DNA of 64,000 nt. Source: Octopus vulgaris (taxonomy: Eukaryota). Positions 54,787 to 64,000 of the stretch are shown here, piece after piece. Within the stretch, counting starts at the first letter, position 1. The number at the start of each line of letters is the position of its first letter. The stretch is from assembly GCA_951406725.2 (NCBI GenBank), contig OX597814.1, forward strand, positions 1,736,001 through 1,800,000, in the 5' to 3' direction. The notes under the pieces were generated by a model that did not search any database, was not told the DNA's origin, and saw only the letters and a program-made list of their open reading frames with translations. Both the position numbers and the translations under genes were made by a program.

Positions 54787-54787
<1 letters not shown>
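53964..54787 (-). mobile_element. R4/Dong-type LINE 3' end (zinc knuckle, RLE, 3' UTR), one frameshift, within (TAA/CAA)n
   Basis: LKAETEGFLIAAQDQSL..CRICG..ETINHIISSC / YIHRHDRV..WDMPIHTDREIKANRPD..IEVSIP..EKLSKYKDL..IVGALG. Confidence 0.93.
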
Positions 54788-54843
<56 letters not shown>

Positions 54844-54898
54844 GTTGTTGTTGTTGTTATTATTATTATTATTATTATTGTTGTTGTTGTTGTTGTTG

Positions 54899-54975
<77 letters not shown>

Positions 54976-54996
54976 ATTATTATTATTATTATTATT

Positions 54997-55029
<33 letters not shown>

Positions 55030-55078
55030 ATTATTATTATTATTATTATTATTGTTGTTGTTGTTGTTATTATTATTG

Positions 55079-55148
<70 letters not shown>

Positions 55149-55152
<4 letters not shown>

Positions 55153-55645
55153 TGGCTTTGCACAGCTTCTAACGCTGGAGATGTACTACAGTGTCAGCTA
55201 TTTACTACCAGTGAACTAAGGTAACACCTCTTATTTTTTGATCACCTTCCGGAGTATTCAAGTGGTTCCAAACAGTGATCTTTTCTGCAAGTGCTCTTCC
55301 CTTATTGCAGTCCCCATTTTTTCCTTCTCGAGATTTTTACTCACTGTTCCCAGGGCTCCGACAATTATTGGTACTACTACTACCTTTTTCATTGACCACA
55401 ACTGCTTAACTTCCCAAGCTAACCTGTCATATCTATCGACTTTTCTTTCTTCCTTATCGCATACCTTGTTGTCAGCTGGGCATGCTATATCTATGATCCA
55501 GCATAGTTTGTTTTCTTTCTCAATTAAGACTATGTCTGGCTTCCTATTCTCTATCTCATGGTCGCACTGAATCATAAAATCCCATAGGATCTTTGCATTA
55601 TCATTTTCGATGATGCCTTCGGGTTTGTGGTCGTATCAATTTTTT
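55149..55645 (-). mobile_element. R4/Dong-type LINE 3' end, second subfamily, within (TAA)n
   Basis: KILWDFMIQCDHEIENRKPDIVLI..IIDIACPAD..KVDRYDRL..IVGALG. Confidence 0.9.
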
Positions 55646-55649
55646 GCTC

Positions 55650-55716
<67 letters not shown>

Positions 55717-56686
55717 GAGATAGTACATCTATCTCCATACTATTCAATGTATCTTTCCTTATATATGATGAAACATGATTTAAGAGGAATTTGGTTGCTA
55801 TTTTTAGCGAGTAGGCTATCACTTAGAGGTTACATCGTCAACTCGATTGTACTTCTCTGTGGTACCTATTGATAGCAATGTAGATCGGATCATTTAAAAA
55901 GATGTCTTCATCATACGACTACAAATGCACAGCCACGTCTCTCTCCCCTTCTCTCTATTCTCTTACTCGTTCTTTTTTGTCCCTTCGCTATCTTTCTCTT
56001 TGTCTCTTTTCTTACACAGACTTATCTGCCTCCCTCCTCCCCCTCTTCCATCATCAACTACTCACACTTCTCCTCGTTAACACATCTGTTTCTCCCCCGT
56101 CCACAACATTCTATTATATCACCTCCTACTCCCTTCTTCTACATTTTCCTCCTACCACCATTTATTCTTTTATTGTTTCTTTCTTTTTTCCTTTATTCTA
56201 CTTCTTTTCCTTCACCACCACCACCACTACCACTACCACCACCACCACCATCACCATCATCGCCTACATTTCCATCACAACTACAAAAAACAACAGCAAC
56301 CACCACCACCACCACCGTTACTGCTTCACTTAGTCTCTCCACTGTCCTCCTTCTTTTCCTCTCTCTCTCTCTCTCCTTCCCTCTTTCATATCTTCCTCAC
56401 ACCGTCTCTTCCACCATCTCTCTCTCAATTTTCTCCCCTCTCCCTCTCCCCCTTCGATTCAACACCCCCTCTTCCTTCCGCTTCTCCTCTCGCTATTTCA
56501 GCACCCCTTACTCTCACTACTACTCCCTCCTCCATCCCCCCACCCGCACCCCACCAACCAACGCGCCATTCCTTCTTCATACAGCATCATTCACAAACGA
56601 AGACAGGAAAGGCAAAATCCAAAGAGAAGACGAAAGACTAATGGACGCCCTCAAAGATGGTGGTGGTGGTGGTGGTGGTAGGGCTA

Positions 56687-56754
<68 letters not shown>

Positions 56755-57082
56755 AATGACTCCAAACGTCACAAATCACTAACAGTAAATCTATCAGCAC
56801 AAAAATCTTCTACATCTACCCTGTTACGACTCGACACACATGTGTGCGTGAGTGTGAGTGTGAGTGTGTGTATATATGTATGTATATATGTGTATGTATG
56901 TATGTATGTATGAATGTATGTATGTGTTTATATATATGTATACGTATATATGTGCATATATATACGTATATATATGTATATATGTATACATATATTATCC
57001 GTATATATATATATATATGTATATATGTGTGTATTATATATGTATGTTTATATACACATATATATGTGTATGTATGTATATA

Positions 57083-57240
57083 TGGCTGTGTGGTAAGAAG
57101 CTTGTTTGCCTCCTAACCGCATGGTTCCAGGTTCAGTCCCACTGCATGGCACCTTGGGCAAGTGTCTTCTATTAGAGCCTAGGACCAACTAACGCCTTGT
57201 GAGTGGATTTGGTAGACGGAAACTGAAAGAAGCCCATCGT
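57083..57240 (+). mobile_element. SINE family A head/body
   Basis: Matches 62395-62550. Confidence 0.85.
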
Positions 57241-57611
57241 ACACACACACACACACACAATATATATATATATGTGCATAAATGCGCATATATAAATCTG
57301 TATATAAATACGTACATACATAGTTATTTATGTATGTATGTATATATATATATATATATATATAAAACATACAAATATATACATACATCTCACACACACA
57401 CACACAGACCCACACTCACACATACATGTTACTTTGAAGGAATGTCGTGGCTTATTATACCGTCATCCGTGGAATGGTTGGTATTATAAAGCTGGTCAAT
57501 GGTGGCGATGGTAGTGATGAGAGGTGGTGAGGCTGGTGGCTTTTGTTGTAGTGTTAGTGCGTTGTCTTTATTTAATTAGCAAGACAGGCTTGTGATCTGG
57601 CAGTCAGAACA

Positions 57612-57665
<54 letters not shown>

Positions 57666-57808
57666 GGGGGAGAGAACAGGGGTGGAACGAAAAAGTATCC
57701 TCGAAGAAGATGAAAGGAAAAAGACAGCGAAAGAAATACCGAAAAGTCCGATCAATTGAGAGCCAATTAATGCATACATATGTCTATACACGCGCACACA
57801 CGCAGGCC

Positions 57809-57850
<42 letters not shown>

Positions 57851-58224
57851 TATGCAAACACACACACACATATATAAATATATCCAGGCGTTTTTATCTT
57901 TCAATCTATCTATCTGTCTATCTGTCTGTCTGTGTGTGTTATATCTATCTATATCAATATCTACATTTATATGTATGTATGTGTGTATGTATGTATGTAT
58001 GTATGTATGTATGTATGTATGTATGTATGTATGTATGTATGTATGTATGTATGTATGTATGTATGTATGTATGTGTGTGTATGTGTGTGTGTGTGCGCGT
58101 ATGCATGCGTGCGTGGGTACTGCTATTTATGTATTGATAAATGAATAGATACATAAAATGACAGACAGATAGAAGTGAAGATAGACATACAAATAGGGAG
58201 ATAGAGAACAGATAGATAAAATAC

Positions 58225-58272
<48 letters not shown>

Positions 58273-58479
58273 AGCAAATAGAAAATAAATACAAATATAA
58301 AGGAATATGTAAAAGAATAAAAGAATTCCTCGTAAAGAATTAGTTCGAGGAAGAAGAAGCGAAAGACATTTATTAAAATTTGATGACAAGAGACTTGTAT
58401 GTATAGAGGAGGATGATGATGAGGATAAATGAGCGAGAAGAGGAGATATATGATTACATAAATGTGTCAAGGCTAATTT

Positions 58480-58820
58480 GAATTTATATAAAAACAGAGA
58501 CAAAGAAAGGGAAAAGTCTCTACTGGAAACTCCCCCCTACAATGTTACATTAAATACAGACACATCCACGAAGGAATTAGAACAAAATCGCTCATGGAAA
58601 TATTGCGATAAAAGAGATAACGTGAAGTACAGAGCAGAAATAAAAGAACTATTTGTGAAGAATATTACAAGAGGATTAAATTAATTCTAAAATATAAATA
58701 ATAGGTATAAAAGCTATCAGCTGTCTCTTCGATAAATTATTGCTTTAATAAAATAAACTGAGAAGCAAGTGAATTGAAAAGCCTAGATAGAAAACAAGAT
58801 AATGTTGAGATAATGGTAGG
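58480..58820 (+). mobile_element. Highly decayed R4/Dong-type RT C-terminal region
   Basis: Broken frames give KELEQNRSWKY / EEYYKRIKLILK / IKAI / IN*EASELKSLDRK. Confidence 0.5.
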
Positions 58821-59023
58821 GTTGGAATCAAGATGGGAAAGGTCTTAACCAATTAGAGAAACATTGGAAGATATCTACAGAGAGTTAGCAGAAATACTTG
58901 GAAACATCTTCTCAAATATTAAATAAAGAAGGAATGGAAGTATATTTTTGTGTTTTGTTGTTGCGATGTTTATAAACTGGAATAAAACAGAATTTAAGCG
59001 GAAAGTGAAAACAAGTAAACCAA

Positions 59024-59058
<35 letters not shown>

Positions 59059-59424
59059 CTCTGAACAGATTAAACGGTAAATGAGAATTAGGAATAAAAG
59101 AGGAGATGAGAAATATGGTATTGATCTGTGATAATCCATGACCAGTATAAAATATATTTGGTAGGACAGAATTACGGTAAATTAAATGAAGATAAATTAA
59201 TTATATAAAAAAGAATCTAAAATATTTTTTCTTGGTATAAATCAAAATAATTTCTCACAACAAAGTAATTTTTTTCTCGCCTATGAAATCCCGCATATGA
59301 AGGAAATCTCACACTTTAACGTGGACTCTCATACTGAGATAATTCCCCGCTAAGTAGTGCCACATACCGAGATTATCCTGCACAACACGATAATCCTATA
59401 CACACCGAGACAACACTACACTAT

Positions 59425-59650
59425 ATTCTTTTAATTGTTTCAGTCATATAAACTGTGGCCATGCTGGAGCACCGCCTTCAGTCGAGAAAATCGACCCCAG
59501 GACTTATTCTTTGTAAGCCTAGTACTTATTCTACCGGTCTCTTTTTGCCGAACCGCTAAGTTACGGGGACGTAAACACACTAGCATCGGTTGTCAAACAA
59601 CGTTGTGGGGACAAACACACACACACACAAATACACACACACACACACAT

Positions 59651-59683
<33 letters not shown>

Positions 59684-59852
59684 CATATATATGACGGGCT
59701 TCTTTCAGTTTCCGTCTACCAAATCTACTCACAAGGCTTTGGTCGGCCCAAGGCTATAGTAGAAGACACTTGCCCAAGATGCCACGCAGTAGGAATGAAC
59801 CCGGAACCATGTGGTTGGTAAGCAAGCTACTTACCACACAGCTACTCCTGCG
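59425..59852 (-). mobile_element. SINE family A, full length
   Basis: Complete reverse complement of 62389-62853. Confidence 0.92.
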
Positions 59853-60711
59853 TCTATGGTGGGTTTTTTTTTCAACATGGGGTTTCAAAACATGACAATC
59901 CTACAGGCTTAGCTAATTTTAACAACATGGCAGTTCTATGAAATATGGTTACCCAACAACAAACAATCCTACAAGCCAAGATGTTTCTACATAACAAGGC
60001 TCTCCAATACACGTGGCCATTTCACGCTACAAGACAACCCCTCGGGCCTACACAACATGGCCATTCTATACATGCCAATCTTACCAACCAAGACATTTCT
60101 ACACGACAAAGTTGTTCCAGAAGTTACAGGACGCAGGATACTCCAACAGACCCAAATACTTCTACACAACAGGTTATACTCAATAACAGAGTTACCCCGG
60201 ATCTCAGCGGCCAAAAACGGGTCATCCTACGACGGACAGGTGTCCCTTCCAGTCGGGAATTATATAACACTAGAGAATCTAGGAAACCGGATTTAGGAGC
60301 CTAAGGCCTGTGGAGGGGTCTAGTTATCTATCAGATTTCTGAGGCAGGATCAGTGTGACGATCTGGAACTTGTGAATTACGTAGAGTCGACTCAACGCAT
60401 TTTTCACAGTTTCCATTCTCCCTATTTCAGATCAGTCTATGGCCACCAAAGACAATCCTCAACACGAAATCTACGTATATTGAGGGTAAACACTCGTGTG
60501 CTAAGGGTGCTGACTATTCTTTGTTTACTGGAGTCTGTGTTTCACCAAGCGGCGAGACAGTTCTGCTTGTATTTCAATCACTTCCAGCGCAACACCAGAA
60601 CTGCCCGAGGCCACCCACCGATGTGGCAAAACTCCTGCACAACATCACGAGCTTTAGAAAATTACTATTTTTAAGTCTCACAACGAAAGATATTCAGCAA
60701 CAGTACTTTGG

Positions 60712-60906
60712 AGTAAAGACTGTTTGCCAATATAACATGGCAGTCCTGGTTTAGGACTAATGTTGCTGTAATTTACCCCCAGGACACAGCTAAGGACACA
60801 GATCGTGTCGTATAGCCAGCTGGAGATGATGTCTCCTGGGGCTAAATTACAGCAACATTCCTCCTAAACCAGGACTGCGATGTTATGTTGGCAAACAATC
60901 TTTACT
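60712..60906. mobile_element. Fold-back element / MITE-like with ~73-bp imperfect inverted arms
   Basis: agtaaagactgtttgccaatataacatggcagtcctggtttagga..tgttgctgtaattta.cccagga is mirrored at 60834-60906; diverged single-arm relative at ~23103-23205. Confidence 0.75.
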
Positions 60907-60924
60907 ACATCACGAGATTTGTTC

Positions 60925-61195
60925 AGTGAAATGTTTGGACTCTGGGCCAGAGGTTTCTGTCATCCTCACTGCTCATACTTGCCGTACTACACGTCCTCTT
61001 GGAACGGATGTAACGGCTTACTTTCTCAGCAGCTACCAACAATTTTCTGGAAGCGTCTTTCTCTCCTTCGCAACTAATCTGAGACTCCTGAGCACCAAGT
61101 GAACTCTGGTTCCAACAAACCCTCTCTCGTTCCAATAAATCTATACAAGAAGGCATATTGCCTTGTGCCAAAATTTGCTGGCCTTGTACCAATAT
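60925..61195 (-). mobile_element. HERO/NeSL-like RLE LINE C-terminal remnant
   Basis: Frameshifted ERGFVGTRVHLVLRSL.. / RKLLVAAEKVSRYIRSKR resembles the RGF...AAE.AS..W.KR end of such ORFs. Confidence 0.5.
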
Positions 61196-61539
61196 TTGAA
61201 ATCTATATTATCATTGTCGGAAGATAGATTCGTCGAATCATTAGCGCGTCGGACAAAATGTTTTGCGGCATTCCTTCCAGTTTTACATTTTGAGTTCAAA
61301 TGCCGCTGAGGTCGACTTTGTCTTTCATCCTTTCGAGGTCGATGAAATAAGTACCAGTCATGTACCAGGGTCGATTTAATCGACTAATTCCCACCTCATA
61401 CAAAACCTCAGGACCCTGAGTCAATACAAGAAAAGATTCTTCTTATTCCTCCTCCTCCCCCTCCTCCCCCTCCTCCTCCTCCTCCTTCTTCTTCTTCTTC
61501 TTCTTCTTCTTCTTCTTCTTCTTCTTCTTCTTCTTCTTC

Positions 61540-62068
61540 CTTCATAACACAGTGTAGGTAAAAATGCATCGGCGTCTTTAGTCACCTGTCAAGTCACAAC
61601 AAAGACCTCAGACAGTTAATACTTTCCTTAAGATGTGCGTTGTGCCCAGGAAGGCTGCAAGACGGGATTTCCAGTTGCCTTAAGAAACCTTGAAGTTTCA
61701 ATGGGAATTGAGCCCAAACGCTCCGATCACCACCTGGCATCACTTTTATATTAAACTCTCGCATTCCACACAGTCTTACCATTTCCACTTCAAATTCAGA
61801 GTACTTGGTGATTTTTTCAACCTCTTTACTCACAACATTGATGTCATTTGGTATGGCTACATCAGTGGTCTGACCGTATTGGTCTCTCTTATTCAATATG
61901 ACAATTTCCGGCCGACGGTATTCGATTACACGATCCGTCTGAAAAATCATAGTCCCAGAGTATCGTTACTTTTCCATCCTCCTGCACAACTTTTCTTGGT
62001 ACATACTCATACCAGTTCTCTGTTACTTCATATTGGTATTCACGGCATAAGAGCCAATGAAGCTACAT
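61540..62068 (-). mobile_element. R4/Dong-type LINE 3' fragment, further subfamily
   Basis: TLGL/IFQTDRVIEYRRPEIVI..DVAIPND..EVEKITKYSE; flanked by (TTC)n and (TTA)n. Confidence 0.8.
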
Positions 62069-62088
62069 AATCATCATCGTCGTCGTCG

Positions 62089-62123
<35 letters not shown>

Positions 62124-62388
62124 GTTATTGTTATTAATATTGTTATTGTTATTGTTGTTGTTGTTGTTATTATCGTCGGAAGATAGATTTCCAGAACCGC
62201 CAAGTGCGTCAGAGAATCTGCTTATCGGTATCTCTTCTGGCTCTCTACGTCCTGAGTTGATATTCTGTCAATACCAAAGTTAACTTTACCGTTCATCCTT
62301 TTGGGATCGATAAAATATGTACCAGATGAGGAACACTTGAGTCAGTGAAATCGACTTAAGACCCAAATTCCAGGCCTTGTGCCTCTTG

Positions 62389-62551
62389 TGCAGGAGTGGC
62401 TCTGTGGTAAGTAGCTTGCTTTCCAACCACATGGTTCCAGGTTCATTCCCACTGCGTGGCACCTTGGGCAAGTGTCTTCTGCTATAGCCTCGAGCCGACC
62501 AAAGTCTTGTGAGTGGATTTGGTAGACAGAAACTGAAAGAAGCCTGACGTA

Positions 62552-62646
<95 letters not shown>

Positions 62647-62853
62647 TTGTGTCTCTGTGTTTGTCCCCTCAACATCGCTTGACAACCGATGGTGGTGTGT
62701 TTACGCCCCCGTAACTTAGCGGTTCGGCAAAAGAGACCGATAGAATAAGTACTAGGCTTCCAAAGAGTAAGTCCTGGGGTCGATTTGCTCGACTAAAAAA
62801 AAAGGCGGTGCTCCAGCATGGCCGTAGTCAAATGACTGAAACAAATAAAAAGA
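62389..62853 (+). mobile_element. SINE family A, full length (tRNA head, CORE-like segment, TA/TG spacer, LINE-like tail)
   Basis: A box TGGCTCTGTGG, B box GGTTCATTCCC, ccttgggcaagtgtctt, tail gcggtgctccagcatggccg...gactgaaacaaataaaagag. Confidence 0.92.
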
Positions 62854-62891
62854 GAGTAATTAATCTTATTCGGGTGAAGAGGAAGATTTAC

Positions 62892-62986
62892 GCGATGCGA
62901 GTGTGTGGCGTTGATGCGTTTCTCAGTAACCAGACAGACGTAAATGAAACTGCTAGGAAATGGAAACGAAACCGCCATACGTCCAT
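62892..62986 (-). CDS. Speculative first coding exon (signal-peptide-like) of a minus-strand gene
   Basis: gtgATGG after an in-frame TAA; MDVWRFRFHFLAVSFTSVWLLRNASTPHTRI followed by GC|GTAAAT; lies at the end of a ~900-bp unique CpG-rich block; no homology recognised. Confidence 0.22.
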
Positions 62987-64000
62987 CACAAGTCTTCGTA
63001 TTCTATATCGACACAGTTCTGCCGTTGCTAATGCCAGTAACGATGCTTAATTAAAGATTTCTCTGGAATATCATCTGTGATTCGCTACTTTAATTCTTCA
63101 CATCATAACTTGCAGATAGAGATTGCTTTGGCCAGTTTAACCTCTGACATCCTGACATCTCTGTCACGCTGACAATTACATCAAAAGCAATAAACATGAG
63201 ATGCTTTCTGACTTTCGGTTCCAACGTCCTCCACCCCCGACCCGTTACTCTATCTTCTCCCCAGTCCACCCCACCCCTAAACACACTTTCAACGGTTTCT
63301 CAGTATCACCATTTTTTTCTTTTTCTCTCGCTCTCTCTCTTGTTTTTTTTTTTTTCGTTTTTCTAGCTCTAGCCGCAACTCTCGCTGTTCTCGTTGACAA
63401 CTTCTTTAAAACCAATTCCATTCCGAATAAGCGGCAAAATGGCACCGATCCGTATTTCGGAGTCGTCGGCAAGCGAGAGAGTGTTTCTGATTAAAGAACT
63501 GGCATTGGCCGTGTCTTCTTCCGTGCTGACTTGCTTGCGTTGAACGTAATTCCGTTTGGCGGACGATAAGCAGCGAGCGAGATGAAATGGGGAGCGGGAC
63601 GTAATGAGTCTGAGGGAGGCGAGTGTCGTCTGCTCAGTAATGTCGTCTGACAAATACAAATGAAACATCGCTAAAACATTGACACGTTCACTAATCGATG
63701 GAAACACTCGCAATCAGTGTTTGGCAAGGAACAAACGCCCTCCTGGGTTCGGGGCAAACAACAACGCTACCAGCCTCGTCGCTGCTGCTGCTGTTGCTGT
63801 TGTTGCCGCTGCTGCTGTTGCTGCTGTTGCTGCTGCTGTTGTTTGGTCGTGCTGCCATTTTGCTTTTTAAAATAAATATTGTTTGTTTTTTCCTTCTCTA
63901 TTTTTGCCTTGTTTGTCTGTTTGCTTGTTTTTTTTTATCTTTGTTGATATTTTGTATTTTAAAACTTTGCTTCTTGTTGTTGCTGTTGTTGTTGTTGTTG

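Noticed and set aside
63369-63713. 114-aa minus-strand ORF
   Set aside because: Non-ATG start and no recognisable domain; more likely leader sequence

Overview
AT-rich eukaryotic, repeat-saturated DNA. The SINE repertoire and extreme microsatellite load are most consistent with an octopus (coleoid cephalopod) intron or intergenic region; this is an inference. No intact protein-coding gene is present, and nearly all ORFs in the supplied track are microsatellite artefacts. Recognisable content: (1) many tRNA-derived SINEs of several modular families; (2) decayed LINEs: a CR1/L2-group ORF2, several R4/Dong-type RLE fragments in or beside (TAA)n tracts, a HERO/NeSL-like end and a possible Tx1-like end; (3) a DD37D maT/mariner remnant and MITEs; (4) Penelope-like (PLE) remnants, including a clear GIY-YIG ORF. 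The most striking signal is about ten minimal type-I hammerhead-ribozyme (HHR)-like motifs in at least six unrelated short repeat families. They include a four-copy family with an A6U core, three motifs with a compensatory U3-A8 pair, a tRNA-headed SINE with an HHR tail and a PLE-style inverted end, and fold-back palindromes centred on HHR cores. Together these suggest a set of non-autonomous, ribozyme-bearing retroelements mobilised by PLEs. A CpG-rich unique block at the right end may be the first exon of a minus-strand gene (low confidence). All coordinates were read by eye and element boundaries are approximate.
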